Shown here one piece after another: positions 44,652-58,269 of a stretch of 64,000 nucleotides of DNA. Source of the stretch: the human T2T-CHM13v2.0 reference genome, Homo sapiens; the NCBI RefSeq assembly GCF_009914755.1, contig NC_060931.1. One strand, 5' to 3'. Both the position numbers and the translations under genes were made by a program. Position 1 is the stretch's first letter, and each line of letters begins with the position of its first letter. Below the pieces are notes generated by a model, which searched no databases, was not told the origin of the DNA, and was given only the letters and a program-made list of their open reading frames with translations.

Positions 44652-46312
44652 GCTGCACTGTCCGTATTTCCAATGCTCAACAGCCACATGTGGCTGGTGG
44701 CTACCAAGATGGACAGCATGGATACAGAACACTTCCCCCTGTGCGGGGAGTTCGATTGGAGGGTGGTGTTCTGCAGAATGCTTTCTAAGAAAGAAGCAAA
44801 GGTTAAAAGTTTAATTTTCAGAAAAAGTTGCTGGGGTAGCCCAGTTGCATCTTCCACATCCTTTACATCCCTAGTGCCGGTCCCCCAAAAGAGAGAGGAG
44901 GCCTCATCATCAAAGGGACATCAGTAGGCACACACTGACTCTCTTCCCTGACATGAGAAAGTCCACCTAGACATTCAGGCCGGAGCTTTCGTCCATGCTG
45001 ACAGCAGACGGATGGGGATGCAGGTCCACACTGATCCTGAGAGTCCCACCCACAGAGGGAGCCCCCACGGCAGTCTTGCCAGGTCCCTGCCCACCGGCTT
45101 GCCTTCCTTCCCCTATCTCCTCTCCCCATCTGCCAGGAAGCCCATCAGGGCACTGCCAGGTCCGCTCTGTACACAGACAAATGCAACTTTGAAGTTTCAC
45201 ACTCACCAGTTGGCAATGCATTCCTTAGGATGGAGGCATTCATAGTCCCAAGAATCCCAAGTTAAAATACTCTCAGGAGAAACACCAAGTCCTGTTATTG
45301 GATAATAAGACTCTAGCATGAATTAATGATCAGAGTGAAGGCCTGGGGGGCACAGCCCCTAGGATAGCAAAGTTTTGGTTGAGGGGATGAGGTGATGGCA
45401 AGGAGGGCGAGGACCAGAGCCCAAAGGTCTCTCCTGGGAAGGGTCCAAGTTCAGGACTGTAGGTCTGGAATGCCAGAAGCTGGGGGTGATACCTCTCGCC
45501 TTCCAGTTCCGAGAACTGGAGCAAGTAGAGTGAATGTCAAACTGCCAAGGGCACGATTTTGCCTCTAAGCATCCGTCCATGTACTACTCACCTCTGCTCA
45601 TCTCTCCAGGGACCCAGCCTCTATGCTGGGCTCCCTAACCTGCCTGCCCAGGGAGAAAAGGGAACACCTGGCAGAAGACACCTCTGCCAGCCCTTCAGCC
45701 TCTCACATTGCCTGCTGCTCAAATAGCTCATCTTTCTTCAAGGCCATGATGGCTTCTCTGACTCACTCATCAGCGCGCGCGAAGCAAAGAAGGAAAGAGG
45801 AAAAGCGCACCTTCTCCGTCACAGTGAATGGCACCCTGCAAAGGACTGCGGGTGCTCTAAGAAAGGAAATCTGTTTTCAGAGCTCCTGCAGCTGCTTTTC
45901 AATGTGTCTTCAGTTTATTTTACCAATGAGCAAATAAACTGGTGTTTCCCCTGCAGTGTCTTCTGCCCAGATAGCAGCGATTCTGCTCTCCGCTGTGGCC
46001 GGAGCACTGGATGGCTCCGTCAAGCCCTCAGTTGTCTTACTGATGAGAACAACTCAAGGAACTTCTCCCACATCATCTGGCCACTTGGGCTTTAAAAAAT
46101 GTTTTATTGGAGCATAATATAGAAAAGTGCACACATTGAGAGTGTACAGCTTGACAAATTTGCACAAAGTTCATGCATCCATGTAACCAGCACCCAGAGA
46201 AGGAAAGGAATGTTACTACCCACATGGCAGCCCCCTTCAATCTCCCTGCCAGGCACCACCTGCCTCCTCAGATAATCATCATCATTCTTTTTCTATTTAA
46301 AAAAATTTTTTT

Positions 46313-46755
<443 letters not shown>

Positions 46756-49700
46756 TCAAGCATTTATCCTTTGAGTTACAAACAATCCAATTACACTTTT
46801 TAAGTTATTTTAAAATATACAATTAAGTTATTATTCACTACAGTCACCCTACTGTGCTATCAAATAGTAGGTCTTATTCTTTCTAACTAATCTTCATGAT
46901 TCTAGCATCATATGTTTTGCCTGGCTGTGTATTTTGTGACCCAGAGCTGCACATTTTGTATTCTTTTGCTTCAGGCTTCTCTTGCTCAGTGTTGGTTGTG
47001 AGATGCAGCCACACTGCTGCATGTGGCTATAGACTGTTTCTCCACATTGCTGTAGGAGGTTCCATTATGCAAATCTACCATCATGTGTTTACCATTTCGA
47101 CTGCTGATGGGCATCTGGGCGGCGTCTACTCTGGGGCTATTATAAATGATGCTGTATGAACATTCTATACATATGTTCCCCAGAATTGCTGCTTGCTTTT
47201 AGTTAATGTATTTATTCAGCACAGAAGACATTATAGAGAGATGAGGAAAGGGGAGGGGCCCAAGTCTGAGCATTTGTGGAACACCTACAATGTGCTGGGC
47301 CTGCGTATCTACTGCAATCCACGCGGCACCTACCGGGTGGGGATTTACAACTCTCTGCCTCCCGGGGCGCCACGGCTTGGAGAAAGAGAGTGAGTATTGC
47401 CAAGGGAGGCACAGGGAGAGCGAGGCTGCTCAGCGGTGCGGCAGGTTTTGAACCCAAGTGTAACCACTACAAAGCCTATGATTTAGTGGACAGACCACGT
47501 CCCCAAAATGTTAGCGCTTAAAAGTCCTGCCCCTGCTAGCCTCAGCAACGGGAATAAAACAGCCATGAACGAAATGAGGTTTCTTTGGTGTGTCAGATAC
47601 TATCTTCTATAGGAGACACCACTGAAATTACCAGCCAAATGCTGAACACATTTTTGACGATTAGCAAGTTAATGAGAATTTTTCAACCTTCTGATAAAAC
47701 GTAAATGCAATTGAGTTATACTTCCAGCTGCTCTGAACAGAGGCCTGGTGTCTGAAACGTACAGGATAAAATGTTCAGGTTATCAAGCTGCTCTGGAAAC
47801 CCCTCTGGTCTCAGAGTTGGCTGAGAATATCAGGCTCCCTTTTCATTCCTACTGATAAGCCCACTTCCTCTCGAGCAACACCAAGGAAACAAGGGATTAT
47901 GGTGTTTTTTTCTCTTTTCTCAATCGGGTTGTAAAACACACACACAGATGTACATGGATTGGAAATTAATCCAGCCGGGAAAGTTGGCTGGCGAGCACTC
48001 GGTCCCAAGCAGGATCACCCCGGTATGCCGAACACGCAGCCGGCATCTGGCTGCAAGCATCTGTCTATCACACACAGCTGGGCGAGGGGACAGCCGACTG
48101 TCTGTGACAGACACTCCTTAGGGAGACAGATAGGGGGAGGGCTACGTCTTTTCAGAGAGAAAGAGACGTGAGAGGTAAGCACAGTTTTCCCAAAGGCCCA
48201 TAAAGAAAGCAATTCTATTTGTCCAGGATCAGCTCACTAAGGTCCTCCTAGAGCAGGGTGTTCGATTGGAGGGTGCTCTGCTATTCAAATTAATTTCAGT
48301 CTCCCTGCTTAACTCTCCAGGCTCTGGGGTCCCCTCCTAGAGCACGAGTGTTGACTCCTCCTTACACTGCCCTCTGCAGGTTGGTGGCACTTCCCTGTAG
48401 AAATCTCATAAGTGGCCCTTCTTAGCCGATCTCATCTCACCCGCTGCGTTTTATTTGACATTCCTACACATGTTTTATGATTTCACATCCCCCCGCCCCC
48501 CATCTGTGCACCTGCAACTCCCAAGTTCACTGTTGTTGAGGGTAGAACTTCAAGCCAGGAGCCTGGGTCTCTTGAGTCTTGCTCATCAGGGTTAAGATGA
48601 AACGACAGGTATGTGAAACCACGTTGTACCCTGCAAAGCATGTTGAAAATGCTTCCCGGAGTAAAAGGTTAGGTAACACAACTTCAGTGTGACTCAGCAC
48701 AGCAGATATGCAGCACAGAGAAGACCCTGGGACATGCCCAAGGCCACACAGCCGGCTGGTGTCAGTCAGAGCTCCAGCCAAGCCTTGAAGTCTGGCTCTG
48801 GAGACCAAGCTCCTGACTGCTGTCTCCTCCTGCCTCTTTGCCCTGTAGCACCAAAGGAGAAATTAATCTTTCCTCCTAGGTGGTAATGACTAGTTGCAAT
48901 CAAGGCTGCAGAGAGACCCACTCATAGCCCAGGACTGGGAGGTCAGGCTCCTGCCTCGCCCTGCCTTTAACAAGTCAAATTCTCCAAGACATCCAACGCA
49001 TCTCCCAGACTGTGAAACTAGGGTCCCAAAAGGGTCAGGACTATCTCCCCACCTGGGACAGTGCCTTGCTGTAAAGATTAAGTCCCAGGAAGACACCGAG
49101 ATCTCCCACCACGAGGCTTCTTGCAGAAAGCCAGAGTACGAGCAACCAGCACCCTGACCTGCCTCCTGCTTTGAGCAGGTGTGCACTGGAAATGCAAATG
49201 ATGGTTTTTATAGAATTTCAAGCTGAAATCTTCTGACTTTCTTCCAAGGAATGTATTCAAAGGAAAGATGCAAACCCATTTTGGCTGTCTCCCAGACTAG
49301 GTGTTAGCTGTGGCAGTAACAGCAGCTTCAGCAAACGCTCAACACAGCCTGAGTCTAGAATACGTTCCGGCAATGGCTTCTGCTTCTCCAACCTGAGCCG
49401 GAGGCCACGGTGGTTCCCCATGCATCTCAGCCCAATTGGAGCCACCTGGCCTGGCCAGGGACTAGATGGAGTAGGGCACTCAAATACACCCTCCAGAGGC
49501 GTCTACCATGAGGGAAGAGGGTGCCTCTGGCCCAACCCAACGTCAGCCTCAAATGTTCGGACCTGCCTGCAGTCATGCAGAGGAGGCCTTCCCCCTCGGC
49601 TGCGTCCTGGGTGCCCCAGCCTTACTGAGCTCAGCCCTGTCTCAGTTTCAGAAGGAAATGCTCACAGGGGACCACAAGTCCCCAGGACATTTAACACCTG

Positions 49701-51579
49701 GTCAGAGGACAAGTCCAAGCACCTGGATAGCAACTGGACCATGTCATGAAACCCAGTCCTCCTCCCTCCGACGCTGCCCAAACTTGAGCTGCCGTTGTCC
49801 AGGCTAGACGGCATCCTGGCAGCAGGAGAATGAACAGCAGTGTCCCATTCATTCAACAGGTGAGCAGGGGACCTCAATAAGGCAAGTCCCTGATAAGGCA
49901 GTCCCCAGAATGGAGTGTGGAGCAGGGTAGCTGAGGTGTGGCTGCAAATTCCTAGCAGGTCCCTCCTACTAAACGGTGGTCGGAGAAGCTGCTATATAAT
50001 GACCGTTTAGTGACATTCCTAGAAATGTTTCTTCCCGCCCTTGAGCCTGCATTTCAGCTTCCAGAGCTCCCCAAACCTCGGGAGGGTCACACTGTTGGCT
50101 CTGGGGGAGAGGAATGGGAATTTGAAGGCCAGAGGCTCTCTGGCTCGCACCCATCACCCGCTCTCCTCTCTGGTGGGGTGCTCCCGAAGGTGACTCAGTT
50201 CTCCAAGCCAAATGCAGCCATCTGATGTCACCACCTCATCTCCAGAAGGAGTCCTGAGGGAGAACTGGGTCCTCACCACTGCTGCAGTGGCAAACAAAGG
50301 ACACAAAAATAATTGAGTGGCTGGTCAAGAACCAAGTTAAACCGGCCAGCCAGGGAGCTGGGCCCACGTCAGTAGGGGGCTCAGAATAGCCACAGAGCCC
50401 GTGATGTGCCCAACTCCCCCCGGGGCCACCGGGGCCAAAGAAAGCCCAGGCATGAGCCAGCACCGGCCCCAAGGCAGGAAAGCCCAATAGCGAACATGGT
50501 GGACATCTACCCAGAGAACTCTCGGCCCAACCCAGACGGGGCAGGGGAGGACGCACAGAGAAAACATGCTGACTGTCCACCTGCAAAGGCCCCCGGACAT
50601 GACCACTGGGTGTGAACTGGCCCCCGCTGTCCACAAGGGGGGCGCTGTCCCCGTTGAAAGCTGGGGAAATGGAAGTAGGAAGAGATGAAGGGGCTTGCCC
50701 AGCAACATTTGGCTGACCTGGACCTGAACCCAGGGTTGTCAGGCTCCAAACCTCCAATTGCTTCTTACCCTAAACTCTCCATGCAGCCAGCTACTGTGAG
50801 GTATTGTGAAAGGAAAGTCGGATGAATCTTATTATCTTTTCTTTTTTGGCTTACTAGACTCTGAAAGGCCGCATTAGTGAACTCGGGACTCTAATAACTC
50901 CTGGTGTCAGGCCTTGCCCTCAGAATGATCGTCCAGTGGGGCACTGTGTGGCCCCTCAAACCCCCATGCCAACCTGGCACCTGCCAGCCATCGAAGAGAA
51001 TAGAAGCAACAAAAAATAAAAATAGTAAATGTACCAGTATCTTCTATGCAGCGTAAAGATGGTTTTCACTCTACAGCCTTCTCTGTTTAGCAAAGGAATG
51101 CATTTGTAACGAAGGATTTTCAGCCACCGAGCCAGCCAGGTAAAGGGAATTTGGAGCCAGAGGGTCCTCATGGCATGCCTGTAGGGTCCTGGCAAGTGAG
51201 GATACACTGTCCACGTGGAGGGCTTTCCTGTCGTACCCCGTGTTAGCCATGTAATGTGGGCAGTGACCAGAGGGGATGACAAAGGTAAAATGTCCAGCAA
51301 TTCACAGGGAACTCGAGCACAGCAAAGTCACTGGGTAAGTGCAGTGGCCGGCAGCTGCCTCTCTGGAGTGCCCTTGGTGAGGCAGGGCCTTTTAAGTTCC
51401 ATGTGAGCCAACAGCCTGGTGCTGCCACCTGACACTAAACCCCAGCACAGGTTCAGCTCGGGGCACCCATGGACAGAGCTGAAAGGAAGCCACCAGGGCA
51501 TGCCACTGCTCTCGTCAGAGCCCAGCAGACCAGCTACCTAGTTCTGTGAGAATACCAGAAGCAGAGGGGCCGGAAACCA

Positions 51580-52530
51580 TGACACTGTGTGACACTGTGT
51601 GATGGGCGATGGTGACACTGTGACACTGTCACAGTGCATGACATTGAGTGACGTGTGTGACACTGACACGTGATATTGAGTGATATGACATTTTATGATG
51701 GTATGTGATATTGTGGCAATGAACAATGTGTGAACTGTATGACATTGAGTGACACTGTGACACCGATGTATGAACTGAATGACATTGTGTGACACAGTGT
51801 TGTGACACTGACATTGTGTGAAATCGATTTGTGACAATGTGTGACATTGTGTGACGATGAGGGATGTATGGTACTGTATGACATTGACACTGTGACAATG
51901 ACGTGTGACATTGAGTGACGTGTGACAATGATATGCAATGTGTGACTTTGATGTATACTATATGACAGTGACATTGAGTGATGTGATATTGAGTGCTGTT
52001 TGTGACTGTGTGACCCTGCATGACACTTGGTGATGTTGAGTGATGACATTGAGTGATGTGACATTCTGTGACATTATGTGTCTGTGACATGAGATTGACA
52101 CTGAGTGACCTGTGTGACATGGTGACATTGAGTGACTTTGATATTTGTGACATTCTGTAACATTGAGTGTGACAGTGACATGTGATACTGAATGACGAGT
52201 GACACTGACACATGTGACTGTCAGTGACATGATATATGTGACACTGAATGACACATGTGACATTGTGTGACACACACATAACACTAACACTGACAAGTGA
52301 CATTGCGTGACACTGAGTGAAGTGTGAGACATTGTGATATTGGATGTTTCTTACACTGTGACACGGAGTGATGTGAAGTGATATGTGTAACATTGACAGT
52401 GATGTGTGATGCTGTGAGTGATGTGTGACATTGAGTGACAGTGACGAGTGACGTGAGACTGACATTGAGTGATGTGACAGTGACAGTGACATGTGATATT
52501 GTGACACTGAGTGACGTGTGACACTGAGTG
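51580..52530. repeat. About 950-bp degenerate TGACA/TGTGA-based low-complexity repeat
   Basis: Reiterated gtgacactg, tgacattgagtga and tgtgacattgtg. Confidence 0.92.
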
Positions 52531-52999
52531 CCTGGGGGACTCAATGGCCACTTCGCCTTCCAGAGGGCTTTCAGGAGGAAAAGCATTTACAGTAGAGCCC
52601 CACGGAGCACTCTCGAGTCTAGAAGGGTGGCCGGAGCCCAGTGAATAGAAACTGCACTGGTGTCTTCAGCTCAGTTCCAAGTCGGAGCAGCCACCTCAGC
52701 AGAAGGGCCGGCCTTTGGGAGCCGCCTCTCCCCTGAGCTGAGGCTTGGATGCACCAGCAGAGAGATGGCAGAGGCAGGTGGAGACTCAGGAGGCACCTCT
52801 CACTTCAGGATTGAAACCAGAACTCTAAGTCCGGGACTTTCTGCCACCCGTGCCCCGCCCAGCCTGTCTCTATCTCAGTGCGTGGCACCCCTGTCCCCCA
52901 GCTGCCGAGGCTTCGCTCTCGCCCCCGGCCCTGAGGCAGCACACCAAGTGGTCACCCACCAGTCTCCCCACCACAAAAGACTCCCCTCCCCTTTGCTCC

Positions 53000-53460
53000 G
53001 CTGCCACACTGAGGCCACATGAACCTTCGTGGGAAGAGAAGACCCCGTCACTCCTCTGCTCGAAGCTCTGCGGTGACCCCATCACACTTAGAGGAAGACT
53101 CAAGGGGCAGCCCCTTCAGGGCCCGTGCATGTGCTGTTCTCCCCTCCCCGGGAGCCCTGCCCTCTCCCTGCTCTTGCATCTCTCCCAGGGCGCAGCCACC
53201 CAAAGTGAGGCCTCCCTAAGCATACCATCTAAGAGGGCACCGCTCACACACCCCCATTTGCCACATGCTCATTCAGCTTCATTTTTCTCTCTTCACTTAT
53301 CACTATCCGCCCAGATACACACATGGAGATGTCATGACATCTAACACACTCTGCTTGCCCCTACAAGCAAATAGGCTCCACGAAGCCAGGGACTTTGTTC
53401 TCTGTACCTCTGTGTCAGCAGAGTCTAGAATATTGCTTGGCACAGAGCACTCATAGTGGT
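53000..53460 (+). mobile_element. L2 3' region
   Basis: aggctccacgaagccagggactttgt...gagtctagaatattgcttggcacagag. Confidence 0.55.
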
Positions 53461-53477
53461 AGGCAGAGAGTGTCAGC

Positions 53478-54063
53478 AGTGCTGGGTCCAGAGTACTAAG
53501 AGTGCTAGGCTTACAAAGTACTAACAGTGCTAGGCATATGGTACCAGCAGTACTAGCCCTAGAGTATTGCGAGTGCTAGGAATACAGTACTAACATGCTA
53601 GGGTTAGAGTACTAAGAGTGCTAGGCTTAGAGTACTGAGAGTGCTAGACTTAGAGTACTAACAGTGCTAGGCCTAGAGTATCAACAGTACTAGGCTGAGA
53701 GTGCTGAGTGCTAGGCTGAGAGTACTAAACAGTGCTAAGCTGAGAGTACTGAGGGTGCTAGGCTTAGAGAACTGAGGGTGCTAGGCTTAGAGGATCAACA
53801 GTGCTAGGCTTAAAGTGCTAAGAGTACTAGGCTGAGAGTATGAAGAGTGCTAGGCTGAGAGTACTGAGTGCTAGGCTGAGAGTACTGAGTGCTAGGTTTA
53901 GAGTACTGAGGGTGCTAGGCTTAGAGTACTGAGGATGCTAGGCTGAGAGTACTAATAGTGCTAGGCTAGAGTACTGAGGGTGCTAAGCTTAGAGTACTAA
54001 GAGTACTAGGCTTAGAGTACTAAGAGTGCTAAGCTTAGAGCACTAACAGTGCTAGGCTTAGTA
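53478..54063. repeat. About 23-bp minisatellite (AGTGCTAGGCTTAGAGTACTRAS), roughly 25 copies
   Basis: Units of 21-24 bp such as agtgctaggcttagagtactgag and agtgctaggctgagagtactg. Confidence 0.95.
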
Positions 54064-56162
54064 GTAACAGTAATAGGCATCACAGTACCAGTGATGACTA
54101 AGCACTTTAGTGTATGCACTTCAGAAAATAGTCAAAGAGTTAATATTCAAATAGGTTAATATATTTCAACACTTTAAATCTATTGCTTCCTTTAATCTCC
54201 ATCCACCAAGGAGGACAGCAATATTATCCCCATTTTATGGATGGTGAAACTGAGGCACAGGAAAGTTAAGCAACCTGTAGATATTTATCAAATGTGTTGA
54301 AGGAACGAGGAAGAGAACAGGCTCTCCATCACAGAAGTGTTTAAACTACTTGTTAGGGTTACTCTCGGATATGCAGGTTCCTGAGAGCCGCTAGCCTGTC
54401 TCAACTCAGATGCAAGTTCTACAATTTAGAAATCTTTGGACCCCAGGACTCTTCCTAGCCACAGCCTGGTGCTAACTCTAGACATGGGGACACAGGTCCA
54501 GTGTTGGTGGCCTGCCACCGACTGGGTTTGGCACCATCACCCAGAAGCCGCCCTCCTCTGGGTTTCCCAGGCGCCCCAGGTGGCTGGGCTGTGTCTCGGG
54601 TGACGGAGGAGGTGTACAGATCCCATGTCAGGGTGTGACTGCCCGGAGGCAGTGGCGGCAGAATGTCAGGTGCCACCAGGGACTCCAGGCCTTCCTCCGC
54701 GGCGCGTACGTGCATCACGTGGTGTAACATGACTGGGCGGCTCAGTGTGGCCCCCACCCTCACGTGCCCTCCTGGCACCCAGCCTCCGCCCGACCCTCTG
54801 AGAGCTCTGAGGAGTGTGAACAATGGGACGGGCTCAGGCTCACTCACCCGGGAAGGACGCTCTGCTGGCTCAGCAGGAAGGGGCCTGGCACCCAAAGCCT
54901 GGACATCCTGTGTGGCCTGGAGGGAGAATCAGATGGGGTGGCCACCGCAGGAGACTGGGTCCCTCTCCTCCACTCCCTGGCAGTGACTCTACACTCAGGA
55001 CCCACGAGACTGCTAATGGTAACCACAGGGACAGCCCTGCAGGGGCCTTGCTCTGGCCCACTGTGAAAGGGAAAGTCCCCTTCCTCCACTGATGTAACAA
55101 AACAAATCTGCTCTTGTTGGCCCTGATGAGCTGACACCCGGCCAGAGCCAAGCCCAGGGATGGGAGGTGCCCACTGGCCTGACCTCGGACACCAGCTCCT
55201 GGGCTGCAGGTCCAGGAGGCACCCAGGCACAATCAGGCTCCTGTTGCCAAAAAAGGGAGTGCATGCAGAGTAAGCAAAATGAGTGTGCCCCATAACCACA
55301 TTCAGTCACCCGGGGCCACGCTGTGCTGAGGGAGGGTGTGGAACACACCACAATCCTCTCCAGCCTCCATCTCTGTCTTTCCTGGGAGAGGTTCTGAGGC
55401 CTCGTGGAGATTTACACAAAGCCTGATGCTTCAGAGGGGAAAATGCTCTGGCCATGCAAATTCATTCCGTTTTCCATCACTCATTTTGGGTGCAGGATAT
55501 TTTCAGCACTTTCCCAGCATGCAAAGCAAAGACAGGATTGTCATGGAGAGCCCTGTGTGCTTGGAACGTGCCAAGAGCAGAGGGGCGTGAGCTGGTTTGG
55601 GGCATTCTCTCTGCTTCCCTACAAATGCCCAGTGGATGGCCCTTCCTCGGAGCTGAAGCAGTTCCCATTTCTCCTGTATGGCACTGTCAAATCGAGGCAG
55701 AGGGACGGGAAATGGTGAACAGAGAAGGAAGACTCAAGGGCAAAACTCCCGGAAGGACAGGGGGTCATGGAAGAAGGAATTCTGAGCCTGACATCTTAGA
55801 AAATGGATATGCAGTTTGCAGATCTACATCCCTCACACTGTCTTCTGGGAATGGCGAGAATTGTGGACTTTGTTTCCTTTTGCTCTGATATCTTTCCCCC
55901 CACCCAAAGCAGACCCTTTTGTTTAATTCTGATGCTGTAGGACGCACCCCGGCTTGCAAGCCAGGCTGTGAATCAGCGGTTTTTGAAAAGGATATGGTAC
56001 CACAGCTCACACATGTATGTAATGCAGTATTTTCTTTTTTTACTTTTTTAGTATGGAAAAATTTAAACACATATGTAAAAGTAGACAGAACAGAATAATG
56101 AACTCCATTTTTTCTAGCATGCCATTTCAACAACTATTAACTCATGAGGATGGTGTTTTTGC

Positions 56163-56459
56163 TTTTTTAATTTTTTTTTTTTTTTTGAGACAAAGTCTCG
56201 CTCTGTTGCCCAGGCCGGAGTGCAGTGGTGCGAACACAGCTCACTACAACCTCAGGAGGCTCAAGTGACCCTCCTGCCTCAGCTTCCTGAGTAGCTGGGA
56301 TTACAGGTGCAGGCCACCACACCCAGTTAATTTTTAAATGTTTCATAGAGAAGGGGTCTATGTTGCCCAGGCTGGCCTTGAACTTCTGGCCTGAAGTGAT
56401 CTTCCTACCTCGGCCTCCCAAAGTGCCAGGATTACAGGCATGAGCCACTGCACCTGACC
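56163..56459 (-). mobile_element. AluJ
   Basis: Reverse diverged Alu. Confidence 0.9.
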
Positions 56460-56654
56460 CCCAGTGTTTAAATGTAGCTACCATGACGTATGCATCAAAA
56501 TCACCTACAAGTCTTATGAAAAATGCAAATTTCCTGGATCTCACCCCAGATCAAATATATCACAATTTGGGGGTTCAAGTCCAAGAACCGGCACATACCC
56601 CCAAAGGATTCTCACAGACAGTCAAGTGTGGGGGGTCACTGGTAGCGGTTAGAT

Positions 56655-56818
56655 AACTCGGGCTGGGGTCCCAGCCCTGCCACTTACTAGCTAGGTAGCT
56701 GAACAGGTGATCTCCATTGGAGTACGGGCTTTACGGGGTTGTCATGGGGAATAAACAAGATCTCACAAGAAGAGCACCTAGCACAGAGTCAGCGCTCATT
56801 AAACATCCTATGCAGTTA
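56655..56818 (+). mobile_element. MIR
   Basis: cccagccctgccacttactagct...gggttgtcatgggga...agcacctagcacagag...gcgctcattaaa. Confidence 0.6.
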
Positions 56819-56883
56819 CTCACCGGCCTAACTTACGTTTGACTTCTAAGCCTTGAGGAAAATGTGTGCCAAGGTATGGGGGA

Positions 56884-57092
56884 GGCGGCAGGGCTTCCGA
56901 GAGAGCCGTCCTCCCATCCCAGCCCTGCCATCCTCCCACACGCACGCTGCCGTCCTCCCATCCGCGCCCCGCCGTGCCTAGGTGGAGAGGCTGCAGGGCT
57001 TCCCGGAGAGCCGTCCTCCCATCCGCGACCCGCCGTCCTCCCATCCACATGCCGCCATCCTCCCATCCACGCACCACGTCCTCCCATCCACA
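56884..57092. repeat. About 22-bp CpG-rich minisatellite (core GCCGTCCTCCCATCC) with a roughly 105-bp higher-order duplication
   Basis: Core occurs 7 times; gcagggcttcc..gagagccgtcctcccatcc occurs twice. Confidence 0.85.
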
Positions 57093-57241
57093 CCCTGCCA
57101 CCTCTCCCTGGTGGCCTTGCCCTTCGTGTATCTGTTCAGGGCCATTGGTGAACAGAGAAAAAAACTACTCTAGTAAAAAGCAAGTTTCCTTTCATTATAA
57201 AGAAAAGTGAAATAAATTGTTAAACATCTACTTCTAAATTA

Positions 57242-58269
<1,028 letters not shown>

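Noticed and set aside
45790-45940. Minus-strand coiled-coil-like peptide HIEKQLQEL*KQISFL suggesting a pseudogene
   Set aside because: Too short, interrupted by stops, and no recognisable parent gene.
51538-52586. His/Cys/Ser/Val-rich ORFs (up to 292 aa) resembling metal-binding proteins
   Set aside because: Translation of the TGACA low-complexity tract; no zinc-finger spacing and no gene structure.
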